Shown in pieces: positions 40,598 through 51,178 of a stretch of 64,000 nucleotides of DNA. The DNA comes from Candidatus Latescibacterota bacterium (GTDB lineage: Bacteria > Latescibacterota > UBA2968 > UBA8231). A model generated the notes under the pieces. The model did not search any database. It worked only from the letters and a program-made list of their open reading frames with translations, and was not told where the DNA came from. The position numbers were made by a program, and so were the translations under genes. The DNA lies in assembly GCA_965261395.1 (NCBI GenBank), contig OZ253462.1, positions 5,792,001-5,856,000 of the forward strand, read 5' to 3'. Each line of letters begins with the position of its first letter. Positions within the stretch are counted from its first letter, which is position 1.

Positions 40598-41529
40598 GAA
40601 GCCGTCTGAAAACTATATTTTTTCTATTTGATCCGTTTGAGCAGCAAGTGGATCATAGCAATCTGGATCAAGGCTTCGCTATGGTGGGTCAACACCTCAT
40701 AATCTCGGGCATGTCGGCGAAAATTCATCAACCACGCAAACGTGCGCTCGACGACCCAACGGCGTGGTAACACCTCAAAGCCGGGGCCTTGTTTGGCGAC
40801 GACTTCCAAGTCTATTTTGTGCGTCTTTTTTACGTTAGCCACCCACGTTCGGATCGGATCGCCTCGATAGCCGCCATCGCCCCACAGTTTGCGTAACCGG
40901 GCTACGCCGGAGGCCCCCAAGCGGGTCAACACCTGCTTGAGGCCGTCCCGATCCTCTACATCGGCGGCGGTGACCACCACCTGTCTAAGCAAGCCCGAGG
41001 TGTCGACCAACAGATGACGCTTGCGCCCCTTGACCTTTTTTCCGGCGTCATAACCGGTTGTTTTACCATGGGTTGCCGTCTTGATCGTCTGACTATCGAC
41101 TACGCCAGCCGACGGCGTTGGAGCCCGTCCGTTGAGGCGGCGTTCCCGCTGGGTGAGTCGATCCAATACCTGCGGCCAGACCCCTTGTAGACTCCAGCGA
41201 CGAAAGTAATCATACACCGTTTTCCACGGTCCAAAACAAGAAGGCAACAAAGCCCAAGGACAACCGGTCTTGGTCAGATACAAAAGGCCGTTGACGATCT
41301 GGCGTCGATCCCGCGGTGGCCGACCCGGACCGTTCGGCTGCCATGTCGAAGCCGGCAGCAACGGTTCGATCCGACGCCATTGCACATCGGTTACATCGGT
41401 GGCATATTGCCTACTAGGCGTACTCATCATACGAGCCTTTCTGTTCAGATTTTGTCGCGAAACCTGAATATGGCTCGATGAGTACGCCGATTCAAATACC
41501 GGCTACAGCAAGGGTTTTCAGACGGCTTC
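40598..41529 (-). mobile_element. Intact IS5-family element (transposase 40624-41430)
   Basis: 16-bp TIR GAAGCCGTCTGAAAAC, TCA duplication; VDSQT, KGRKRH, DGGY, RWVVERTF. Confidence 0.95.
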
Positions 41530-41822
41530 TCAAGAGGAACGAAATGGAGTTCGATGCGCTGGTTCAATGCAAGGGCAATGCGCTGGAGCATGGACAGCGA
41601 ATGTCCTTCGTAATCGGCATCTTCCAAGCGTGTGATCACTGGTTGCTTGGTGCCGATTCGCTCGGCCAATTCGGCTTGAGTTAGCCCCGCCACCGTCCGC
41701 GCTTCGTAGATCAAACGGGCCACTTCTGCGTTAAGAGTTTCCTCGGCAATCAGTTGCTGCATTTCCCGATCGTCGCCCGTCATCTGGTCGAGAATCTGGG
41801 TTGCATCTCGCGTCTTAGGCAT
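41445..41822 (-). CDS. XRE HTH antitoxin whose native C-terminus was displaced by IS5
   Basis: GLTQAELAERIGTKQPVITRLE; removing the IS restores ...FVPLEKTSEAA*. Confidence 0.85.
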   Translation of the reverse strand: MPKTRDATQILDQMTGDDREMQQLIAEETLNAEVARLIYEARTVAGLTQAELAERIGTKQPVITRLEDADYEGHSLSMLQRIALALNQRIELHFVPLEKPSENPCCSRYLNRRTHRAIFRFRDKI

Positions 41823-42201
41823 GAGAAATATTCTCCTCGTAGGTGTGCTTCTCCGGGTCTTTCAGAAAAGCTTTTTTCCGTTTGATCGCCCGCATCAGGT
41901 CCGCTTGGGAAATCGCGTCTTCTTTGACCAGCCCATGAGTCAAGATCGCTATGTTCTGACCATGAAAGAAATAGAGAATGCGATAGTTGATCCGACCGCG
42001 GCGGATGCGCAGTTCGTAGATGTCTTCTTCCAGATAGTCAGCCAGTGGACGACGAAGTTCGTGGCCGAGTTGGGCCAGCAGGCGGATGCGTGCGATGCAC
42101 TTGGCATAAACCCGTTTGTCTGTTCGCCGCAATTCCTGTAACCAACTTCGCACTGGAATATCTCGTTCATCCTGGAAGAAGAATACCTGGGTAGCGGGCA
42201 T
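41815..42201 (-). CDS. RelE/ParE (HigB/Gp49-like) toxin
   Basis: LRRP.ADYL...IYELR...YRILYFF...LTHG..K; toxin-first order. Confidence 0.85.
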   Translation of the reverse strand: MPATQVFFFQDERDIPVRSWLQELRRTDKRVYAKCIARIRLLAQLGHELRRPLADYLEEDIYELRIRRGRINYRILYFFHGQNIAILTHGLVKEDAISQADLMRAIKRKKAFLKDPEKHTYEENISHA

Positions 42202-42308
42202 AGAAACCCTTTACAAAATCGTTCCCTGAATAAGACAAAAATAACAATATTATTATAAATACAAGAGGATATATTGTAAAATGATCGCCAATGTGATCTA
42301 TCATCGAC

Positions 42309-42377
42309 CTTGTCAACTAAAATTTTAGTTGACAAGCCGAGTGCTGTCGAGTATGTTCAACTAAATTCTTAGTTGAA
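42309..42377 (+). promoter_or_regulatory. Sigma70 promoter overlapped by two palindromic operators (probable BlaI sites)
   Basis: Perfect 28-bp palindrome CTTGTCAACTAAAATTTTAGTTGACAAG; second TTCAACTAA-N4-TTAGTTGAA; TTGACA-17-TATGTT. Confidence 0.8.
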
Positions 42378-42387
42378 AGGGCTCGCC

Positions 42388-42945
42388 ATGGCGAACAGAG
42401 ACAAACCCGATAAAAATTTGACGCTGAGAACCCGCAGGACGCTTGGCGGCAGTGCACGCCGGATGGGCATGCGAGCACGCGTGTTGACGGCGATACTGCT
42501 ATGCCCCCTGGCCGCCGTGACGCTGCCCTCTTGTGGCGCTACCTCGGAAGAGTCCAACGGCTCGGCTGAGTCGAGTCGGGATGAGCATCGCGTTGTCGTC
42601 GAGGATCAAGATTCCAATACAAGTGGCGATACAGCCATACAAACAGAAAAACTAGACCTCAGAGTAGAAAGTGCGCCACAAGATTCACTGGTGAAAATTG
42701 TGTACTGGATTCCAGAAACGGTTAATCGAGACTCCGTCTTTATAGAACTCGGTTGCTTCAATATGGAGGGGATGCGGGTGGCCCAGCCTGTTAATAAAAC
42801 ACACGCGCCGGGTTCTTATACGGTGTCCTTATCTAAACGGGGATTACCTGATGGGATATACCATGTGAGATTAAGCGCAAATCGATTACCACAACCACAA
42901 AGAGAGATACGCCCATTTAATCTGATCTGGACCAATAGAAAGTGA
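42388..42945 (+). CDS. Chimeric ORF: BlaI first ~12 codons + post-M56 TM segment + FlgD/CTD-like domain
   Basis: 5' end matches 44240 onward; next ~110 bp matches 45550-45660. Confidence 0.7.
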   Translation: MANRDKPDKNLTLRTRRTLGGSARRMGMRARVLTAILLCPLAAVTLPSCGATSEESNGSAESSRDEHRVVVEDQDSNTSGDTAIQTEKLDLRVESAPQDSLVKIVYWIPETVNRDSVFIELGCFNMEGMRVAQPVNKTHAPGSYTVSLSKRGLPDGIYHVRLSANRLPQPQREIRPFNLIWTNRK

Positions 42946-44228
42946 GGTTTAGGATGTATTTCGACAAGTGCAGACTGGTAGCGAGTCTGGTGATGTGCCT
43001 AATTGTATGTTCTCTGTGTTTTGCACAACAGCTAACCCATTCAGAAGAAGAGATGAAGCGGTTTCGCCAATTTGAGCAGGGATACTACTCTCTCGAGACC
43101 ACAGAGCAGTATTGGGAAGGCATTTTGGGACTTGAGCAATTGCTGGCAGATTATCCCAATACCTTTCTGAAAGGCGATATCGCCATTACACTGTTGAATT
43201 ATTACCAACAGGTCACCGATGATCCACACCTGTTGATTGAGCTGTCTGAAAAAATGCTCGCATTGCGAATGTATTCCCATGGTGCTTATGAAGCTGCTCG
43301 GGTACTTGTGGACAAGCAGGTTAAGTCTGATAAAACGCTTCTATATGCACAGAACGCATTAAAAGAAGAACTGCAGAACCAAGAAAAATGGACGATTAAC
43401 GGCAAAGAAGAATTACACCGTCGCGATCTATTGGCGCGTGCTTACCAACTCATTGGGCAATACGATCAAGCTGTCGCAGAAATAAAGACCGTGATTCGCG
43501 GATGGCAAACTCGAAAGGATTTAGGCGACATAGACCTAGCATATCAACAGTACAAAATAGATCGGGCAAAGGTCAATTTGCTGCGGATTTATATTGATCA
43601 AAAAGCCTGGACCTAGGCTTACGAACTGGCATCAGAATTATTGCTAACTTCGGTCGTGCGTCGAGATGTTGCGGAATTGTGGAGTCAAGCTTATGTAGGG
43701 AAATTTGGCTCAGGCGTAGGGATGAGCAAAGCCTATGCTTCCTCAAAGGCCAAGTGGGATGAGAAAATTATCCAACGCGTTGAAAATGAGCGGATTTCAC
43801 GACCTGCACCGACCCTTGCGGTACAAAAGCTGGATGGTGAGAAGATCGCTTCAGCCGATTTGCAGGGCAGGGCTGTGGTGGTGACGTTTTGGGCGGGATG
43901 GTGTAGCCCGTGTATTGAAGAGTTGCCCTATCTGCAAAAACTCAAGGAGCAATTTTACGAGCAAAATGTTGAATTTTTAGCAGTGAATATTGACCAGGAT
44001 TCTTCAGGGCGCAGAGATATGGTGGCGAACTTTCGCTACCAGAGCGCACCAAGTTTAACATTTGTATTGGGTGATTTGGAAATGCGAGAAGCGTTTGGTT
44101 CCAATGAGATTCCCTATACGTGTATTATTGATCAGGACGGACAGATTCGCTATGAACGCAAGGGATTAGGCACTGATTTTAGCACGGCAATGGCGCATCA
44201 GTTGCAGTGGGTATTGGCAGAAAATTGA
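42942..44228 (+). pseudogene. TPR-like + TlpA/redoxin protein with one in-frame TAG (43614-43616)
   Basis: Both ORF halves are in the same frame; FWAGWCSPC..ELP thioredoxin motif. Confidence 0.8.
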
Positions 44229-44239
44229 AAGGACTTACC

Positions 44240-44647
44240 ATGGCGACCAGAGACAAACCCGACAAAAAGTTGACCCCGCTCGAAACGCTCATTATGAACG
44301 TCCTGTGGGATGAGTCGCCCGCAGCCGTCAAGCAGGTGCAGGAGCGGCTAACGTCCGTCAAGCCGATGGCCTACAATACCGTGCTGACCATAATGCGCAT
44401 CCTGCGCGATAAGGGCTTTGTGGTCTCGGAGCGAGCAGGCCGCTCCGATCTCTATCGCCCGGTGGTCACGCGCGAGGATATGGGGCGGCGATCGCTGGGC
44501 GAAGTCATCGACTCGTTCTTTTCCGGCTCGGCCGAAGCGCTGGTCAGCCAACTGCTAGATGGCCAGTCGCTCACTGACGAGGAGTTGACGGCGATCCGGG
44601 CGGAGTTGGACCGAACTCTTGAGAGCAGAAAAGGAGACCAGCGATGA
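44240..44647 (+). CDS. BlaI/MecI/CopY repressor
   Basis: LTPLE..IMNVLW, AYNTVLT.MRIL.DKG, FFSGS..ALV. Confidence 0.92.
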   Translation: MATRDKPDKKLTPLETLIMNVLWDESPAAVKQVQERLTSVKPMAYNTVLTIMRILRDKGFVVSERAGRSDLYRPVVTREDMGRRSLGEVIDSFFSGSAEALVSQLLDGQSLTDEELTAIRAELDRTLESRKGDQR

Positions 44648-46560
44648 ATGCGGCTTTGAACGAGTTAGGCAGTCAGCTCTTCGGCTGGTTTGGTCAGTTG
44701 AGTATCGAACTAGCGGCGCTGGCGGTCTTAGTCCTAGTGGCCGGTCACCTGTTGCCGATCAAGTCGCCGGCCTTGCGCCACCTGTTATGGGCTGTCGTGC
44801 TGCTCAAGCCACTCGTCGCCGTCGCGGTCAACTCGCCCTATTCTCTATTCACGCCGTTGGTGTCGGCCGTGGATACCGATTGGAATGCCCTTGCATTCTC
44901 GCCTGTCGAGCACCCAACGGTGCAAGTAGCAGCTTCGCCGACAATTGCCGTAAGTAGTGTGCGACTTACTACCGCCGGCTGGGGAGCGATACTGTGGCTC
45001 GTAGGCGCGGCGCTACTCATCGGGCGGATTCTGATCGGCTACGGCATCGTCTGGTGCTTGCGGAGCCAAGCGCAAGTGCAGCACGACGGCCCGCTTTGCG
45101 ACGCCCTGCAGCAGGCACGTCGGACCCTCGACTGCTATCCCAAGGTCGAGGTGGCGATCTCCCCTTCTATTGGCTCGCCGATGGCGCTAGGCATCCTGAG
45201 ACCGCTCATTGTCTTTCCCGCCGATCTCGTCGAGAAACTGAGCGCCGATAAACTCGCCTTGATCCTCATGCACGAGCTGGCACACGTGCGCCGCTGGGAC
45301 AACCTCACGCTACTGCTGCACCGACTAGTCGCCGCCGTGTTGTTCTTCCATCCCGCCGTGTGGCTGTGCGGTCGCATGTTGCGGCGGGAAGCCGAACAGG
45401 CCTGCGACGATCTCGTCGTATGCGCCACCGGCCACTCAGAAGCCTATGCGCGCGGCCTAGCTCACATCGCCGAACGGACAGCTCACTTAGACCCTTTAAT
45501 ACGGAGAATCCCCACGATGAACGCCTTCGCAGCAGCAGAATCGGATTTGGCGCTGAGAATCCGCAGGGCGCTTGGCGGCGGTGCGCGCCGGATGGGCATG
45601 CAGGCGCGTGTATTGACGGCGGTACTGCTATGCCCTCTAGCCGCCGTGACGCTGCCCTCTGTGTCCAAAATCTCGGCTGAGTCGAGTCAGGATGAGCATC
45701 CCTTTATCGCCGTGGATCAAGACGGCAACATGAAGCTGAACGACAAATCAGTGACGTTTGCGACGCTTAAAGAAGAATTGCGGGCGAAGAGACGACTGCT
45801 GGACAATACTACGATGATTATCATCCAAGGAGACGAGCGTGCTCCGCACGGGATGATCGCCCGGACCATGGATTTCGCCCGCCAAGTAGGGCTTGTCGAT
45901 CAGGTAGTGGCTACGGAACTGCAACCGGAAGTGGCCAATGTCGCGGTTGAACCGAGTCAGAATGACGGGATCTGGCGAGAGGCGATGGCCACTGATCCAG
46001 ATGAATGGTCCGACGAACTCAAAACCCAGCTTCTCGCGCTCAAACCCAACAGAACCATCAAGGAAATCGCCTACGCGGTACGTCAGAGCAGGGATAAAAT
46101 CCGGCAAGAGGCGATGGCCACTGATCCAGATGAATGGTCCGACGAACTCAAAACCCAGCTTCTCGCGCTCAAAACCCAGCTTCTCGGGCTTGAACCTGAC
46201 AGTACCATCGAGGAAATCGCCTACGCGGTACATCAGAGCAGACTTTGGCGGCAGGCGGAAGAGACCGATCCAGACGAGTGGTCCGACGAACTCAAAACCC
46301 AGCTTCTCGCGCTCAAACCCGGCAGTCTCTCGTATGAAATAGCCACCGCTGCATCGGATGAATTATTTATTTTTAACGTAGTCGGAGATCTCGTTCGAAC
46401 CTTTTTTTTAGATCATCAGAGTCCCGGCAAATATAGCATCGTCTGGGACGGGCGGGACGATGCCGGCCGCGAGCGCAGCAACGGCGTGTACTTCTATACG
46501 TTGAAATCCGACAGAGAGGCGAACAAGCATGTAGCGTACAGAACAATATTAGTTAGATAA
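44644..46560 (+). CDS. BlaR1-like M56 peptidase with ExbD-like, repeat and FlgD-Ig C-terminal domains
   Basis: HELAHVRRWD, FFHPAVW, EQACDD; QGDERAPHG; 3x TDPDEWSDELKTQLLALK; WDGRDDAG...GVYFY. Confidence 0.88.
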   Translation: MNAALNELGSQLFGWFGQLSIELAALAVLVLVAGHLLPIKSPALRHLLWAVVLLKPLVAVAVNSPYSLFTPLVSAVDTDWNALAFSPVEHPTVQVAASPTIAVSSVRLTTAGWGAILWLVGAALLIGRILIGYGIVWCLRSQAQVQHDGPLCDALQQARRTLDCYPKVEVAISPSIGSPMALGILRPLIVFPADLVEKLSADKLALILMHELAHVRRWDNLTLLLHRLVAAVLFFHPAVWLCGRMLRREAEQACDDLVVCATGHSEAYARGLAHIAERTAHLDPLIRRIPTMNAFAAAESDLALRIRRALGGGARRMGMQARVLTAVLLCPLAAVTLPSVSKISAESSQDEHPFIAVDQDGNMKLNDKSVTFATLKEELRAKRRLLDNTTMIIIQGDERAPHGMIARTMDFARQVGLVDQVVATELQPEVANVAVEPSQNDGIWREAMATDPDEWSDELKTQLLALKPNRTIKEIAYAVRQSRDKIRQEAMATDPDEWSDELKTQLLALKTQLLGLEPDSTIEEIAYAVHQSRLWRQAEETDPDEWSDELKTQLLALKPGSLSYEIATAASDELFIFNVVGDLVRTFFLDHQSPGKYSIVWDGRDDAGRERSNGVYFYTLKSDREANKHVAYRTILVR

Positions 46561-46564
46561 CCAT

Positions 46565-47417
46565 CAAACTGCTGGATGGCCAGTCGCTCACTGACGAAGA
46601 ATTGACGGCGACCCGGGCGGAGTTGGACCGAACTCTTGAGAGCAGCAAAGGAGGCCAGCGATGAATGCAGCTTTGAACGGGCTGGGTAATCAGCTATTCG
46701 GCTGGTTTGGTCAGTTGAGTATCGAACTAGCGGCGCTGGCAGTCTTAGTCCTAGTGGCCAGTCGCCTGTTGCCGATAAAGTCACCGGCCTTGCGCCACCT
46801 GTTGTGGGCGGTCGTGCTAATCAAGCCGCTCGTCGCTGTCGCAATCAGCTCACCCTATTCGCTATTTACGCCGTTGGTACCATCCGTGGATACCGATTGG
46901 AATGCCCTTGCATTCTCGCCCGTCGATCACCCAACGGTACAAGTAGCGGCTCCTCCGGCAATTGCCACAAGCAGTGTGCCACTTACTACAGCCGGCTGGG
47001 GAGCAATACTGTGGCTCGTAGGCGCAGCGCTGCTCCTCGGACGGATTCTGATCGGCTACGGCATCGTCTGGTGCTTGCGGCAGCAGGCGCAAGTGCAGCG
47101 CGACGGCCCCCTTTGCGACGCCCTGCGGCAAGCACGTAGGACCCTCGACTGCTACCCCAAGGTCGAGGTGGCGATCTCCCCTTCTATTGGCTCGCCGATG
47201 GTGCTGGGCATCCTAAGACCGATCATTGTCTTTCCCGACCATCTCGTATGAAATAGCCACCGCCACATCGGCTGAATTAGCTATTTATGATGTAGCCGGA
47301 CAGCACGTTCGAACCTTTGTTTTGGGCTATCAGAGTCCCGGCAACTATAGCATCATCTGGGATGGGCAGGACGATGCTGGCCGCGAGCTCAACAATGGTA
47401 TGTACTTCTATAAGTGA
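46565..47417 (+). pseudogene. Third BlaI/M56 unit: BlaI 3' remnant, M56 N-terminus fused out of frame to FlgD remnant
   Basis: Matches 44548-45230 then jumps to match 46327-46498; cut by IS701. Confidence 0.85.
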
Positions 47418-48522
47418 TGTTACGCAGCTCATAGGCATTGGTTTATCTTTTCTGACATGGATAAAAAACTGTTAGCCCTCTATAGTGATTATCTGTTGAG
47501 TTCTTTTGGCGCTACGACCGCCACCGGCCTTTCGTCTTTGTTGGATGGCCAAATCAGCCACGACCCCGTGACGCGCTTTTTGTCTCAGGCCGACGACCCG
47601 TCGAAAGAGCTCTGGCATCAAGTCAAATCCGTGGTGCGCACCATCGAGCGCGAAGACGGGGTGCTCATTTTCGATGATACGATTCAGCAAAAGCCGTACA
47701 CGGATGAAAATGAGTTGATCTGTTGGCCCTTCGATCCTAGTAAAAACCGCTCCGTCAAAGGCTTGAATCTGCTCAATTGCATCTATCAGGCCGGCGAGGT
47801 CCGTGTGCCGGTGGCCTATGCGTTAGTGCGTAAACCGATTCCGTTTTGCGATCGCCAAACGCGGCGGGTCAAACGCAAAAGCGAGGTGACTAAAAACCAA
47901 TGGCGGCGGCAGATGCTACAGACCTGCCAGCAGAATCGCCTGCGCTACCGCTAGGTCTGGGCCGATAGTTGGTTTTCGGCCCAGGAAAACCGGTCATTTA
48001 TCCGCCCAGACCTGAAGAAACACTGTATCGTCGCCCTCCAATCCAACCGGACGGTCGCCTTGAGCCCACAAGACAAAGCCCACAGCCGCTTCGTGCGCAT
48101 CGATACGCTGGACGGGTCAGACCCCACGCCGGTAACCGCCGGGATCAAAGGACTCCCTTTTCCGATCCTGCTGCATCGGCGAGTCTTTACAAACAAAGAC
48201 GATTCCACCGGTATTTTGTATCTGGCCTGTAGTGATCTCGACCCACATGGAGACGCCCTTGAGACGATCTATCAAAAACGATGGAAAGTCGAAGTCTTTC
48301 ACCAAACGCTCAAGTCCCATGCCGCGCTGGCCAAGGCGCCGACCAAACGGGTCCGTACCCAAAGCAACCACGTCTTTATGGCCATCTATGCAGCCTTCTC
48401 CTTAGAGTGGCTGCGCATCAAGCAGCGGATGAATCCGTTTGCCCTCCGATCAAAACTCTATCCCAAGGCCATTCGACACGCCTTTGAAGAATGGCAGCAC
48501 CTAAAGACTGCGTAACATCACT
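47413..48522 (+). mobile_element. IS701-family element, degenerate transposase
   Basis: TIR AGTGATGTTACGCAG/CTGCGTAACATCACT; IFDDT..KP and RWKVEVFH; internal stop at 47952 and a frameshift. Confidence 0.85.
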
Positions 48523-48559
48523 GAATAACTCAACAGCTTCTAAAGTGGAGGCACAGCAC

Positions 48560-49384
48560 ATGACGAGTAAATACGGCTATTCAGAAGAGGGTTTGAAGCA
48601 CTATACCAGCTACCGGGCAAAGGGTCCGATTGCGGTGGACGGACACCTCGACGAAGAATCGTGGCAACTGGTGCCCAAATCGCCGCGTTTCGAGGACCTG
48701 GAGGAACCGGGCCGGCCAGCCCTTTTCGACACCCGAGCTGCGGTGCTGTGGGACGACGAGTACCTCTACGTGGGCTTCTGGCTGGAAGAACCGGATGTGC
48801 GGGCGACCTATACCACGCGCGATTCCATGATCTGCGAGGAAAACGATGTAGAGGTCTTCATCGCCGGTGAGAACAGCTATTACGAATTCGAGCTGAATGC
48901 CTTGGGCACCATTATGGAGCGGTTTTACGTGTGGCAGGACGCCTACATCGAGGCCGGGTACGCCAAGCTGCCCGAATTCGATCTGCTGGGTACCCGGCTG
49001 GTGGATACCCTCGGCGGACCGCAGTCGGGACACCGACATCCGCGCGGGCGGCGCTGGGCTTTCCGCGAATGGGACATGCCGGGTTTGCAATGGGCGGTGC
49101 AGGTGGACGGCACCATCAATGATTCCAGGGACACCGACCGGGGCTGGACCGCGGAAATCGCCTTCCCTTGGCAGAGCTTGAAGCACTTGGCGGACGGGCG
49201 CTCGCTGCCGGCTCGGGAAGGGGATATATGGCGCATGGACTTTTCGCGTTTCCAGTGGATTGAGGAGGGCGGTGCGCGGGTGTGTCCGGGGTGGGCTTGG
49301 ACCAGCCACGGGACCTATGATTCGCACATCCCGGATCGCTTCAGTGTGATACACTTTTCCGAAAGGGTGGTGGGTGAGGAATGA
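48560..49384 (+). CDS. Carbohydrate-binding family 9-like protein
   Basis: VDGHLDEESW, LWDDEYLYV, ENDVEVFI, YYEFELN, GWTAEIAFPW. Confidence 0.8.
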   Translation: MTSKYGYSEEGLKHYTSYRAKGPIAVDGHLDEESWQLVPKSPRFEDLEEPGRPALFDTRAAVLWDDEYLYVGFWLEEPDVRATYTTRDSMICEENDVEVFIAGENSYYEFELNALGTIMERFYVWQDAYIEAGYAKLPEFDLLGTRLVDTLGGPQSGHRHPRGRRWAFREWDMPGLQWAVQVDGTINDSRDTDRGWTAEIAFPWQSLKHLADGRSLPAREGDIWRMDFSRFQWIEEGGARVCPGWAWTSHGTYDSHIPDRFSVIHFSERVVGEE

Positions 49385-50205
49385 GTGATAAGACCGCGTT
49401 ATCGACGGCGGAGACCGTGCGCTACATCTGCCATAGGACTGAAGACGCCATTGATGTGGACGGTCATCTGCAGGAGGAAGTTTGGACTCGGGCGCAGCGC
49501 TCCCCGCGCTTTGGGGATCACACCGGACAGCGATCGCTTTTCGATACCCGGGCGGCCATGCTGTGGGACGACCAGAATCTATACGTGGGCTTCTGGCTGG
49601 AAGATCGCGATATGTGGGGTACGCAGAAAGAGGCTTCGCCATTAGTCCGGCAGGACAATAACGCGGGGGTGCTCCTCGTCGGTCGGGGAGCGTATTACGA
49701 ACTAGCCGTCAATCCGCTAGGCGCGACCTCGGAGATGTTCTACATCTGGAAGGAGGCCTATCAGCGCGGCGACCGCTACGACGTGCCGGAGTTCGATCTG
49801 GCAGTACAGCGGCCCGAAGTCTTAGGCGGGGGATCGAATTCCGACTATCACGCCATGCGCTGGGCTTTTTCGCACTGGCGCTTTCCCGGACTGCAGGTCG
49901 GCGTGCAGGTCGAGGGTACCCTGAACAAACGGGATGATATCGACCAAGGCTGGAGCGTGGAACTGGCCTTTCCTTGGGAGGGGTTGAGAAAGCTGGCGGA
50001 CGCGCAAAGCCTGCCCCCGGCCGCTGGCGATATATGGCGGATTGGGCTGGTGCGACGCCAGATCATCGATCAGCGCGCCAGTCGGCGGCAGGTCTCGTGG
50101 ACTTGGCAGCCCCTAAGCGAAAGCAATATGCACGTGCCCAAGACTCATCTTGAGATGGAATTTTCCCGCGTGCCACCGAGCGAATCCTCCGCGAATTCGG
50201 CGTAA
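49381..50205 (+). CDS. Carbohydrate-binding family 9-like protein (paralogue)
   Basis: Colinear similarity to the upstream gene; ATGA overlap. Confidence 0.78.
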   Translation: MSDKTALSTAETVRYICHRTEDAIDVDGHLQEEVWTRAQRSPRFGDHTGQRSLFDTRAAMLWDDQNLYVGFWLEDRDMWGTQKEASPLVRQDNNAGVLLVGRGAYYELAVNPLGATSEMFYIWKEAYQRGDRYDVPEFDLAVQRPEVLGGGSNSDYHAMRWAFSHWRFPGLQVGVQVEGTLNKRDDIDQGWSVELAFPWEGLRKLADAQSLPPAAGDIWRIGLVRRQIIDQRASRRQVSWTWQPLSESNMHVPKTHLEMEFSRVPPSESSANSA

Positions 50206-50209
50206 GTTT

Positions 50210-51112
50210 TCATTCAGGCGCAGGATAGGGGTGCCCCTTTTCTGTTGCAGCGATCATTTGCTGCAACTTGTCGGCGATGAATTGGGTGTGGATGGAGATG
50301 AGTGCTTCCCCTTTTTCTACACTGGCAAGCAAGGCGTTTTCTTGGCGGGCGCGGTCGCGTGGGTTTTCCGGGTTTGGTCCGCCCTGCGGCCAACCTTCCT
50401 TGGAAAAGGGTTCGAGATACGCCTCGACTTCAGGCGATAGATTGTGGGCGTAGTCCAAGCCAGCGGCGTCATACGCTTCCATGGTGAAAGCGCGGACCCG
50501 TTGCGGACAAGCCGCCAGCATCACGGACGTCTCATCCTCTGAGGCATGGTTCAGCGCCGTTTGTCGCGCCACCGTGTCCAGCTTGCCCGCTTTCAGATCT
50601 CGATAGCCCTGGAGGATGGTTTCCCGGTCCTCGTCCGTCAGCCCCATCCAGTACGAATCCTCATCCAGCGTGATACCCAGGTCTTGTCGCCACGCCGGCA
50701 GCACGTCCCGCAGCAGGCCATGATTGCCGCCGTGACCGTTGACGACCAGAATCGTGCGAATGCCGTGGGTTTTTAGGCTCTCTGCTACGTCGAAGATGTA
50801 TGCTCGCAGCGTTTCCTTGCGCAACGTCAGCGTGCCCTTGCGCGCCATGTGGTACGGAGAGTAGCCCACCGGACAAGGTGGAGCGACTGTGACCTGTGGG
50901 TAGAGTTGCAAGGCGGCCTGCTGGGAGATAAACGTGGACAGGACAATATCCAGATCCAAGCTCAGGTGTTCGTTGTGCTGCTCGGTTGCGCCGATGGGAA
51001 TGATGGCGGCTTTTAGTTTGCCGCTGTGCAGCGCTTCGCGAATTTCCTTGCGGGTGCATTCCCCTAGCATGACTCTGTAGGGGTTGACGTATTGGCTTTT
51101 TGCGTTTGCCAT
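50210..51112 (-). CDS. Creatininase-family amidohydrolase
   Basis: EQHNEHL..D.D, NGHGGN, HASEDETS. Confidence 0.85.
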   Translation of the reverse strand: MANAKSQYVNPYRVMLGECTRKEIREALHSGKLKAAIIPIGATEQHNEHLSLDLDIVLSTFISQQAALQLYPQVTVAPPCPVGYSPYHMARKGTLTLRKETLRAYIFDVAESLKTHGIRTILVVNGHGGNHGLLRDVLPAWRQDLGITLDEDSYWMGLTDEDRETILQGYRDLKAGKLDTVARQTALNHASEDETSVMLAACPQRVRAFTMEAYDAAGLDYAHNLSPEVEAYLEPFSKEGWPQGGPNPENPRDRARQENALLASVEKGEALISIHTQFIADKLQQMIAATEKGHPYPAPE

Positions 51113-51178
51113 ACTATTTCCTTTGACGTGATGAAGACGTTGACAGATGTGCTGTCGCGATGTTGAGCGATTCAATAT

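Noticed and set aside
48581-49642. 353-aa minus-strand ORF
   Set aside because: Antisense shadow of the CBM9-like genes, no motifs
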